Assembly (NCBI GenBank): GCA_000004985.1
Contig: GG738870.1
DNA from: Naegleria gruberi
Taxonomy: Eukaryota
DNA length: 64,000 nucleotides
Strand: one strand, 5' to 3'
In this document: one piece after another, positions 20,545-29,943 of the stretch
How the letters are laid out: each line of letters starts with the position of its first letter
How positions within the stretch are numbered: the first letter of the stretch is position 1
Program-made: the position numbers and the translations under genes
Notes under the pieces: model-generated
Told to the model about the DNA's origin: nothing
Databases searched by the model: none
The model's input: the letters and a program-made list of their open reading frames with translations, nothing else

Positions 20545-23500
20545 TTACTTTTTGATACCAATGAGGGCACTGTTGAGTTTGCTACTGTCAATGTTACCAC
20601 CTCCATCGAGATCATCACCTCCAGCTCCTCCTCTTGCTCCACCTCTACGGAGAGCAACTGATTTGGCAGCTGTGGCAAGTTTTAATTGTTGCATCTTTTC
20701 ATCCATAGCTCCTCTTCCTTCACCTCCACCAACTGTGGATTTGTTCTTAAGTACATCAAGTTTTTGCTTGGCTGAATTGATCTTAAGTTGTTGTTTGGCA
20801 GCTTCCTTCTTAACCTTTTCTTCTTCGGCCTTCTTTTTCTTTTCTTCTGCCTTTTTGGCTTGTTCATTCTTTTCATTGGCCTGTTTGAATTGTTGCATGA
20901 ATAGATCGATGAGAGCCAAGAATTTATCAGGTTCCTTTTGTAAATCTTCTGGTCTTTCATCAAATGACTTGGCAAGAGAATCAATTTCAGTTTTCATAAT
21001 CTTGAATTTAGCTTCAATACCTTCCAATTCATCCTTAACTTTTTGTTCAAAGCTTTCCATTGTTGAAACGAACTTGTCTTCTTCAGAGGTATTTTCCCTA
21101 GCTTTTGTAATTTGTTGTGAAAGTTGAGTGAGACACTTCTTCAATTCGTTGATATCATCTTCAACTGATCCAACCAAAACACGTGTAGCTGGTTGAATAT
21201 GAGTTAATTGAGTATCAAAGTCCATCAAGTGTTTCTTCTTTTCTCCAATGAAATCGACAATGTACTGGAGTAAACTAGTTTTACCATCACCTGATTTGGT
21301 GTCAGCAAGTTTTTGCAATGATTTGAGCTTGAAACCAAATGATATTTTCTTCTTTTGTTGACCGTTCAAAAAGTTACCAAATGTAAGAATGACAGCAAGA
21401 ATTTCCATGAATTTTTCACTTTCTCTAGCTTCCTTACATCCCAAAATCATATTTTCAATATCTGGCTTAATTTTTGAAATCATTTCATTGAAACGGAACT
21501 TGAATGACCAAGCATCCAATCTTCCAATCAAGTTAGGTATACCGTTCATGACACGGAAGAATTTATCTGGTTCAGCCAATTCATCCATCGGTCCATCATA
21601 TCCCATCACAGTATCAACTTCTTCTTGTTCTGGAGCAATTTGCTTAATAGTTCCAATATTATCAGCAGTCACAACTGCTTCATCCATAGCAATAATAGCT
21701 TTTCTGAGCATATCATATGATACACCTCTGATACTACCTAATTGGAGTGATACAGAGTAACTACGCTTAGCATCAAGCAATGATTTAACTTCCTTCTTCT
21801 TTTCCTTTGGTTCTGCTTTTTCACCTTCTTTTTCTTTCTTTGCTGTAGAGAATACAGTTGACAATTCATCAAGATTCAGCTTGGAAATAATAGAATTGGT
21901 TTCTTGAGCAATATTCTTCTTAATGAAAATTGTTTTTGCGACATTGTTCTTGTTGATAGCATCAAAGTGAACTTGACGAGTTGTTTCAGTTGGTGCCTTA
22001 GTTGGCAATGTTGGTAAACCATCACCAACACCAACACCTCTTCCACGGCCCATCATTGGCATACCAGGTACACCAGGTACTCCTGGAATACCAGGAACAC
22101 TTGGCACTCCTGGAATACCCATACCAGGTGGCATAGGAACACCTCCCATACCAGGTGGCATTGGTACTCCACCACCCATTCCAGGTGGCATTGGAATACC
22201 ACTACCAGGAGGCATTGGAATACCACCAGGTGGAGGAGGAATACCACCCATTCCTGGAGGCATTGGAATACCACCCATTCCAGGTGGCATTGGAATACCA
22301 CTACCAGGAGGAGGAGGAATACCAGTTCCAATAGGAGGAGGAGGAATACCCATTCCAGGAGGTGTTGGAATACCTACACCAATTGGTGGTGGAGGAATAC
22401 CCATTCCAGGAGGTGTTGGTATATCACCACCACCCAAAATTGGAGGTGGAGGAACACCAACTCCAGGAGGAAGAGGAATATTACTAGTTGTAGGTGCAAG
22501 TGAAGGATCTTCTTGTGTTGGTGGATTCTTCTTTAATTGATCCCTTTCTGTTTCCAATTCTTTCTCCTTCTTTTTCAAAGTTTCAATCTTGGTATTACAT
22601 TCAGAAATTAATTTCTTAACATTGTCCTCCTCTTTGGTCCAGTGTTTTTTCTTATCATCGAGTACCTTCTTTGCATGTTGGACTTGTTCATTGTTTGCCT
22701 TCTTTGAAAAGACTTCATTCTTAAGTTTTTCAATTTCTTGGTGGAGTTGAGTGAGTTCAGCCTTAATGTGGGAGTGCTTTTCTTGTTGAGTAGCCTTTTC
22801 CTTCTCAGTTTCAGAAAGCTCACTTCTAGTTTGAGCTGTTTGTTCTTCAATTTCTTTCAAGAACTTTTCCTTTTCTTCAGAAAGGGAATTCTTCTTCTTT
22901 TCAATTTCTTCCAAAGTTTTGGAAATTTCAACAATTTTAGTCTCGTACTCTTGAAGAATAGATTCGCGTTCTGATTGCAAGTTATTAAGTTGATATTGTT
23001 GGGTTTTGACTCTGTCAGCAAGTTGTTTTTCCTTCTCTGTTTTGATTTTCATGTCTTCTTCTGCTCTCTTTGGTGCCAATCCAGCATCAACCAAAAGTTT
23101 AATCTTGCTCCAATTTTGAGCTGATTGTTGTTCGGTAAGAGACTTGTCAATAGCCACCGAGTTGTAAATGATCAATTCAGTTAACAATTCATAGAGCATA
23201 TTTTTCAAAGGTTCATCATCGGAAACTTCATTCAATTTTTGTTTAAGAAGCTTGACAACATTTACAGAATCTGATAAATCATTTTCCAAAAATTCTTTTT
23301 GACAAACTTCCAGTTCACCAGCTAAAACTTCCATTTGACTGTTCAAATCAGTAATAAATTCTTGAGCTTCCTCATCTTCCATAGATTGAACAGATTTTTC
23401 CAAGCTTTGATTCTTGAGCTCTGTAATTACTTCCAAACATTTCAAATTTCTAAATTCCTTCTTGAACAAGGATTTGGTACCTTCATCAGGAGATTGATCC

Positions 23501-24658
23501 AATAATGTATTGAACAAGAACAATGCATAGTATGCATAGTCGAGATTAGATTTTGTCATTCTTTGAATAATATCATAAAATCTGGTCTTTTCTCTCTTGA
23601 CAAGTCTATAGTGACTCAATGCACTGACAACCAAACTAAAACCATGACTTGCCCAACTGGCCATGACAATCAAAATTTGTAAAATATCACAAGCTGCTTC
23701 AATATTTGGAGTATCTAAAATGAGAACCAAGTTTTTCATGGCATCTTTTTCTGCCAAAAATTCTTCAATACCCACATTGGTATTCAACAAGGCCTTCAAG
23801 GCAGCAATACAGAGGGATTGTTTTTCCAAATCCTCTACAGTAGCAACCATATTTGTGGATGTGAGTGTTCCACTTTCGTGCTCAGAGACAGCAGTTGATG
23901 TACCGCCTTGCTCAGAGTTGGATTGGTGATGTTGATGGAAATTTGGTGTATAATCTTCAGAGTCAGAATATTCTCCTTGATCGATTTCCATATTATCGGA
24001 GGCAGGTGTTACATCTTCCTCAGATTGTTGTTTTCTAGAAAGAACATTGGTCATATTCAAACAATGGATCAAATGTTTGATACCTCCTTGCATAATAAAT
24101 TGGTTGACCCATCGAATTGGCTTGTCAACCAAAAGTTCAGCAATACGAGCCAAACGTGCAGAATCATAATTGTGTTTTTCCCATTGAGAAAGGAGTACGA
24201 AAGGAGTATCCTCATCAGCAGTTTGATCATTATCGTTTTTAAAGTAATACAAACGTCTATTGATTATATTGTATTAACATGATTGATTATATTGTAATGA
24301 AACATTTTAAACATAACATCCAAAGAGTTACATACCTGACTTTTTCCTGTACAGTTTTAGTTGCCAATTGTTTTCTTCTGATACTATCTGGTACTCCCAT
24401 TTCCACTAACATTTCATTGAAATTTCCATTGACATCATCGTCATTCCATTGTAATTGTTGTTGGTAGGCAAGAGCATTAAAAGGTTCTCTATTAAAACCT
24501 CCATTATTACTACCACCAATGTTTGATGATGAGTGGGATGGGGAATTATTTGGTGAGTGATGAAGCGCCGAAGATGATGAAGAAGCAGCCTGAATCGTCA
24601 GTTGCTGCGAGTGAGAGAGCGCGGAAGTACTCTTTGATGTATTCTTTTTTGGCGCCAT
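20545..24658 (-). CDS. formin (GBD/FH3 – coiled coil – FH1 polyproline – FH2), two exons
   Basis: Real ATG at 24656–24658 (MAPKKNTSKS…). Intron at about 24257..24335 (GTATGT…AATAG, 79 nt) joins in frame to RLYYFKNDND… The FH1 region has more than 15 tandem GIP(M/P)PPG(M/S)GG repeats (about 21990–22520). The FH2 hallmark region follows (…NYLLDSK-like lasso/knob, GNFLNGQQKKKISFGFKLKSLQKLADTKS). Confidence 0.9.
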
Positions 24659-24985
24659 AATTTCAAAGAGAGAAAATTTGTAGAGTTACTGTTGTTGTTT
24701 GTAGGTGGTTTGTATCACACACTAAATTTTTAATTGATTGTTGTGTGAAGGGAATGGTAGGATGAGTGGAATGGTTAGATTGATTTTTTTTTAAATTTTT
24801 GTGATTTTGGATGTCGTTTGTCATGTGATTGACAAGTGAATTTGGAACCACAAAAAAATTAGCACCACACTAACATTTAATGATAATTACTCATATAAAC
24901 ATGGAAGCGTATCATAATCGCAAATAAAATAGTGCTTCTCTATATTCATTAAGATTTACTAAGACAATTTTCATTATGAATGTAA

Positions 24986-25059
24986 GCAGCGATAGATCAG
25001 TTGGTTAGATCGTAAGCCTAACACGCTTAAGGTCGCGGGTTCAAGCCCCGCTCGCTGTA
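24986..25059 (+). tRNA. tRNA-Val (anticodon AAC)
   Basis: Folds as GCAGCGA|TA|GATC|AGTTGGTTA|GATC|G|TAAGC|CTAACAC|GCTTA|AGGTC|GCGGG|TTCAAGC|CCCGC|TCGCTGT|A. All stems paired, with a G1·U72 wobble. Anticodon loop is CT-AAC-AC. TTTT downstream. ORF 24974..25231(-) is an artefact over this gene. Confidence 0.85.
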
Positions 25060-25428
25060 TCATTTTGTTACACAATGTTAAATCTTTGAACTTGTTTAAA
25101 TTAAAGAACTTTGAATTGTTAGGTTTTACTTTGACAAACTTTATTTTATGAAATTTGTTGAAATAAAAACGCAAAGAAGATGGTGCATTTTTAGATACTA
25201 ATTGTAAGACAAAGCATGATAGAGGACACATATGGTGCTCTTCTCTTGTGAGCTAAACTCGCTGGTGTAATTTGTAGGCATCCTTGAGGATTTGGAAGTA
25301 ATAGCTTGGTCTATTATTAACACCCTTCACATTCCTAGCGTGGCTGTGAATCAAAGTTGGGTTTTATTGGAAATGTTGATTAGGTATTAAGTACCCAAAC
25401 AAAAGGTGTTGGTGAACTAAAAACGTAA

Positions 25429-25517
25429 GGCGGCTTAGCACAGTGGCAGTGCATCAGTCTTGTAGACAGAAATGCTGAGATAACTGAGGGTCGAGGGTTC
25501 AATTCCCTCAGTCGCCT
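25429..25517 (+). tRNA. tRNA-Thr (anticodon UGU) with 17-nt intron
   Basis: Folds as GGCGGCT|TA|GCAC|AGTGGCA|GTGC|A|TCAGT|CTTGTA[intron GACAGAAATGCTGAGAT]A|ACTGA|GGGTC|GAGGG|TTCAATT|CCCTC|AGTCGCC|T. Perfect 5-bp anticodon stem, intron at the 37/38 position, TTTT terminator. A Tyr(GTA) reading was tested and rejected because the stem register then fails. Confidence 0.6.
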
Positions 25518-25538
25518 TTTGTTAATTGATAATCAAGT

Positions 25539-26549
25539 TTATGCTAATTTTTTTAATGTTTCTACTGATCCATCCCATGGCAATATTGAGACTACCATTC
25601 TTGAAACAATCGAAACAGCAGGTTGGAAACCTACAACATCCTTAGCCAACGAATATTGATAATCTACAATGCTATCTCCAAAACAAGTATAGAATTTCAT
25701 ATTCACATCCAGACCTTTTTGATAAAATTCCACACCAATAACATCTCCCTCTCGATTATTATTATTTGCCCTGGAGTATTCGCACTGCCCCCTATAAGAT
25801 TTAGAGTGAGAATGAACGCAATATCCCACTCCATTAGAGGTTTCCTTTCCGATATAATAATGGATTGCAGAGCTGGTTGAATTTCTGCTTTGATTCTCCT
25901 TATCATCAATTCCAATAACAATTCCCCAGGCATTTGAACCTTCATTGTGATAATTTGTCAAATGAATAGCCCAGAAATATCTGAATTCTTGTATCAATTT
26001 TTTTCCAACTATACAAGTTTCCCAATCACCATTCAAATTTTTATGACATGAATGAAAACAATGGTCATTATTAGTAAAATCAACACACGAATGATGAGCT
26101 TCATGCTCATAACTGTTAATAAAAGAAGGAATTGATAGTGGAAATCCCGATCTATCAAATGAAAAAGCCTTAAACAAGCAAATCAAGAAAAAATAGGCAT
26201 TCTCTTGATGATCGTCATACACTTTACGAAACTCTTCCTCTTGCAAATAGTTCATAATTCCACTCATAGTATCCTTCTCCTTAAATTCTTTAATTTGCAA
26301 TGAAAATTCATCAAATAATTTTCTCATCACTCGTCCAACATTTAGCTCCTTCTCCGATAATTTAAATTCATCCTCCTGATGCTTAATCATTGATCGGAGA
26401 GAATTTTCCCAAACACTTGACGAAGATAAGAGAATACTTCTCAATGATCGGTTGATTTTCAATAGAGAGAATAAAGACTTTACATCCAAAAAGGAGCACA
26501 CAACATCCTCCAACACTTCTGTTGGAATTGCATTGATCAGACTTTCCAT
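25539..26549 (-). CDS. F-box / SPRY (B30.2-like) domain protein
   Basis: Listed ORF start 26684 is TTG. The first ATG gives MESLINAIPTEVLEDVVCSFLDVKSLFSLLKINRSLRSIL, a canonical F-box. The C-terminal GDVIGVEFYQKGLDVNMKFYTCFGDSIVDYQYS resembles the SPRY core. Confidence 0.55.
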   Translation of the reverse strand: MESLINAIPTEVLEDVVCSFLDVKSLFSLLKINRSLRSILLSSSSVWENSLRSMIKHQEDEFKLSEKELNVGRVMRKLFDEFSLQIKEFKEKDTMSGIMNYLQEEEFRKVYDDHQENAYFFLICLFKAFSFDRSGFPLSIPSFINSYEHEAHHSCVDFTNNDHCFHSCHKNLNGDWETCIVGKKLIQEFRYFWAIHLTNYHNEGSNAWGIVIGIDDKENQSRNSTSSAIHYYIGKETSNGVGYCVHSHSKSYRGQCEYSRANNNNREGDVIGVEFYQKGLDVNMKFYTCFGDSIVDYQYSLAKDVVGFQPAVSIVSRMVVSILPWDGSVETLKKLA

Positions 26550-26942
26550 TTTTTTGTAATATTGTTGTGCTAATAATAGTAACGTTACAAGTTCTGATAA
26601 TGTCAAACGAGAACTCTTTGTTCGAATTTTTAGTCCTTCCACTTTATTACTGAGCTCTTTAAATGTTCCTAAATCAGTAATCAACCAATTCCAATATTAA
26701 TATTAGGAATGTTTGCAAATGTGTATTTCAAGTCTTGAGAAATGAAGATATTTTTTTGAAGATTTTGTGCTTGGATCTGGAAAAGGAAACAGATGGCGCA
26801 GAGCTTCTAAGAAGGAATGAGATTAAATATAAAGAAAATATAAATGAGAATAAATCAATTCTCAACGATTATCAAATTAAGCTTATAATCTCCAACAGTT
26901 TAATATATTAATATTAAATATACAATCTCTAAATTTCTAAAA

Positions 26943-27716
26943 TTACAATGTTTCTTCCGAGTCAGCAAATGCAAATTTGCTCACAGTAAAATAGTTCAAA
27001 ATTCCAACAAGAATTAATGATAAAATCCAAGCATAAGTATGCCCCACTTTGAAATATCCAACTAACATGTAATTCAAAATTGTTGAAAATACCATTGAAA
27101 TTCCATAAACAAAATAAGTTCTAATCAAAGATCGCCAATATTCAGAATTTGACCTCTTTCCAAAAACTATTCTACAATGCAATTCATATTGACACCATAT
27201 CGAAAGTGAATATGACAATAACCAACACAAACTCGATTTTGTCGATTCATCCTCTGAAGTTATGAATTGATATAAAAAGTGATAAAACAAGAAGAAGATA
27301 AACGTTCCAATTATTGTAGAAACTTGAAACAAGAATACCTTTCTTCCTTCTGTCATTCTTGATGGCCCATTATTATAAAAGAAGGAATCTACAAGAGCAG
27401 AAATATCATCGGGTGATGAAGTCGTTACTTCCTGAAGGCTTTGTGAAGTGTCTTTAATTTCCACTATTGAAGATGACAATAATGCATCACTCTGATGATG
27501 TATTGGTGATGAAGGTGATTCACTTCGGTGATGATGAATCAAATCTTCCAAATCTTGAGGTGAAGTTACAACACTTGAATCCTTTGAAGGAGGAAGAGAA
27601 CCCACCACACTGCTACTACTGCTACCAATCACATTATTTATACCACCCCCACTAGCATTGCTATTCGTTTGCAATAGAGAGGAAACATTGGTTCGGAGGG
27701 TTGGTGGTTGTAACAT
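26943..27716 (-). CDS. small membrane protein (4 C-terminal TM helices, GtrA-like topology), Ser-rich N-terminus
   Basis: 257-aa ORF with ATG start. Family assignment is tentative. Confidence 0.3.
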   Translation of the reverse strand: MLQPPTLRTNVSSLLQTNSNASGGGINNVIGSSSSSVVGSLPPSKDSSVVTSPQDLEDLIHHHRSESPSSPIHHQSDALLSSSIVEIKDTSQSLQEVTTSSPDDISALVDSFFYNNGPSRMTEGRKVFLFQVSTIIGTFIFFLFYHFLYQFITSEDESTKSSLCWLLSYSLSIWCQYELHCRIVFGKRSNSEYWRSLIRTYFVYGISMVFSTILNYMLVGYFKVGHTYAWILSLILVGILNYFTVSKFAFADSEETL

Positions 27717-27991
27717 TTTTTATCAAAGCGATGACGAAGACAAGAGGATGATGGTTGTGTGATGAAGAATTGAAATTCTCTTTCTGTGGATGACGATTGG
27801 TTTTACATGATGAATGAGCATGAAAGGAGAATGAATGGAATTGGGAATTTGATTTTTTTCATTGTGAAAGAACTGGAGAACAATGATTGGCGCTCATTTG
27901 CATGGAGGAGTACCTTGTCTTGTTCTATTATGAAAAGTGCATGCCGTTAAATTTCCTGTTAATGCTGATAATTTAATTTTAAAATTAAAAA

Positions 27992-28648
27992 ATGTCCTTC
28001 TTTTTAAAGCTGTTCGGAGGCTCATCAAATTCTGTTGAGAAGGATTTGAAAAAGAAGAGAAGAATGCTAGAATTAACAGAAAATCAAATGCAAGTTCAAG
28101 AGGAAACATATGAAACACTAACGGAAACAATTAATACAATGAAAAAACATTTAGAATCGATAAAATTGAGAGAACAGGAGATGATTCTTCTTCATGTACA
28201 AACGGAACAAGAATTAAAGGAAGATTATGAATTATATTTAGCAAAACAAGTTAAGGATGAAGATTACGAAAGAAAGTATGAATATTCTAGAAAGTTTCTC
28301 GAAGAAACAATTATTGAAAAGAAGAGGGTAATTAAACTCAAAATGGATGAATACATTGAAAGGATAGAATCATTGGAGAAGAAAGCAGAGGATATTTTGA
28401 AAACTAAAAAACTGACACAAGAGAGTAATATTAAACTTGCCGAAGATATTTCAAATTTGGAGGAAGCTAGAAGAAAAGAATTCCATGCCTCCGATGACTA
28501 TAACCATCTACATGATGATGATTTGGAAGCAGGATCCTCCTCTACTCACGTTCCTCTCACTACCAATACCAGTGAGATTCAACCACATCAAGAACCATTA
28601 GATCACAAAGGAGATTTGTGGACTAGACAGGAGGAAGATCTCACCTAA
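27992..28648 (+). CDS. coiled-coil protein (Glu/Lys-rich heptad repeats)
   Basis: 218-aa ORF with ATG start and charged heptad-like repeats. No catalytic motif. Confidence 0.4.
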   Translation: MSFFLKLFGGSSNSVEKDLKKKRRMLELTENQMQVQEETYETLTETINTMKKHLESIKLREQEMILLHVQTEQELKEDYELYLAKQVKDEDYERKYEYSRKFLEETIIEKKRVIKLKMDEYIERIESLEKKAEDILKTKKLTQESNIKLAEDISNLEEARRKEFHASDDYNHLHDDDLEAGSSSTHVPLTTNTSEIQPHQEPLDHKGDLWTRQEEDLT

Positions 28649-28782
28649 TCTGTTTACCACCACACTGATTTTATCATTAGAAAAATCTGAAATGATCTAG
28701 TTAAGATTACAAATTTAGAAAATTGTCAATATTTCAATTGAAATATTGAAAGTGTACATAAAAATTCGAATAAATTAGTGAC

Positions 28783-29649
28783 TTATTTATTAGATGTTTC
28801 TTTGAGCTTCTTTTGTAACTTGTTTCGTATTTTCCTCAAATATTCCTTTTGATTTTTCTTTGTTTTCTTTGAAATCTTTGATGAATCACCACGAGCAAGG
28901 TTACAGATAAGTTTTTGTTGTTTCTTCAATTGGGCAGCAACACCATTTTCAAGAATAGAGCTATGAGCATCTTCCTTCTTGAATTTGAAAATTTGCTTTT
29001 GTCTAGCCAATGGATTGTCACCATCTAACATGGAAACACGAATAACTCTATCATTCAGCAGATAATAATCAAAAGTTTCTACAATCATTTTAGCAATTTC
29101 AGGATCTTCCATTTGGACATAGGCCTTGTTGAGTGGATGACCAGTATTCTTACTTCTTGGTACTCTGACATTGATAACAGTTCCGACTTGAGAGAAGAAT
29201 TTTGTAACTTCTTCTTCATAGAATCCGTGTGGAAGTTTTCTAATTACAAATGTTCTAATAGTATTTGAAAAATCGACACCTTGTTTGGCATCACCCGATT
29301 GTTTACCATCCTTGTTATTTTCTTGTCCAATATTACGTGAGGACTTTAAGTTTTCAAAGAGGGCTGCAATTTTAGTAACAGCTTCTTCCTTTCTATTTTG
29401 GAAAAATGGTTTCTTATCTTCTTCTTCTTCTTCGTTTATGTCTGTCATATCTTCAGATGTTACTTCAGTTGTGGTTGCTTCTACTCCGGAAGTTTCATCT
29501 TCTTCATCCTCAGAATCTGATTCATACAATGCTTGAACATCCTTTGTAAATTCCTCGTTCTTATCTTTATATTCTTGTTCCTTTACTTGGATTACTTGTT
29601 GTTGTTGTTTTAATTCACGAAGTCTACTCTTTAAATCTGTTGAAGACAT
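28783..29649 (-). CDS. RRM-containing nucleolar protein, Nop15/NIFK-like
   Basis: ATG start. Acidic N-terminus. The RRM segment is RTFVIRKLPHGFYEEEVTKFFSQVGTVINVRVPRSKNTGHPLNKAYVQMEDPEIAKMIVETFDYYLLNDRVIRVSM. A basic KKxxK tail follows, matching Nop15/NIFK architecture. Confidence 0.55.
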   Translation of the reverse strand: MSSTDLKSRLRELKQQQQVIQVKEQEYKDKNEEFTKDVQALYESDSEDEEDETSGVEATTTEVTSEDMTDINEEEEEDKKPFFQNRKEEAVTKIAALFENLKSSRNIGQENNKDGKQSGDAKQGVDFSNTIRTFVIRKLPHGFYEEEVTKFFSQVGTVINVRVPRSKNTGHPLNKAYVQMEDPEIAKMIVETFDYYLLNDRVIRVSMLDGDNPLARQKQIFKFKKEDAHSSILENGVAAQLKKQQKLICNLARGDSSKISKKTKKNQKEYLRKIRNKLQKKLKETSNK

Positions 29650-29943
29650 TTTTTATTCAATTCAAAAAACGAGAAATTTACTTCATTTTTCATCATCAGA
29701 AATTTATTTGAACTGAATTTCACCATCACACAAAGCAAAGAAGAAGCACAAGTCTTTGGTATCATGTTGCTTTCATAAGAAATCATCTTCGGAACCATCA
29801 TCAATAAATTATGTTGCGATAAATCAAAATTAACGTTAATTTATCATCAAAACAGATATTAATATATCAATCCAATCAATTTATGATATATTTTCAAGCA
29901 ACATGAAGATTTTCAAAGCCTTTTAAAACACAAAAAGAATAAA

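Noticed and set aside
20537-21127. ORF 20537..21127 (+), Pro/Ser/Leu-rich 196 aa
   Set aside because: It is antisense to the formin C-terminal coding region. The low-complexity composition is a by-product of the purine-rich sense strand.
22053-22331. ORF 22053..22331 (−) with repetitive LEWVVFQC motif
   Set aside because: It is an alternative reading frame of the formin FH1 tandem repeat and carries the periodicity of the repeat DNA, not of a separate gene.
21990-22520. Possible CRISPR-like array from a regular 27–30-nt repeat
   Set aside because: The repeat is coding (formin FH1 polyproline). There are no unique spacers, the genome is eukaryotic, and no cas genes are present.
24974-25231. 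ORF 24974..25231 (−), 85 aa
   Set aside because: It overlaps tRNA-Val(AAC) on the opposite strand (…IQRAGLEPATLSVLGL… is the tRNA read backwards).
25429-25517. Alternative reading of this tRNA as tRNA-Tyr(GUA), the classic intron-bearing isotype
   Set aside because: Shifting the anticodon loop by one position destroys anticodon-stem pairing (a GACTG 3' strand is needed and is absent). The Thr(UGU) register gives a perfect 5-bp stem.
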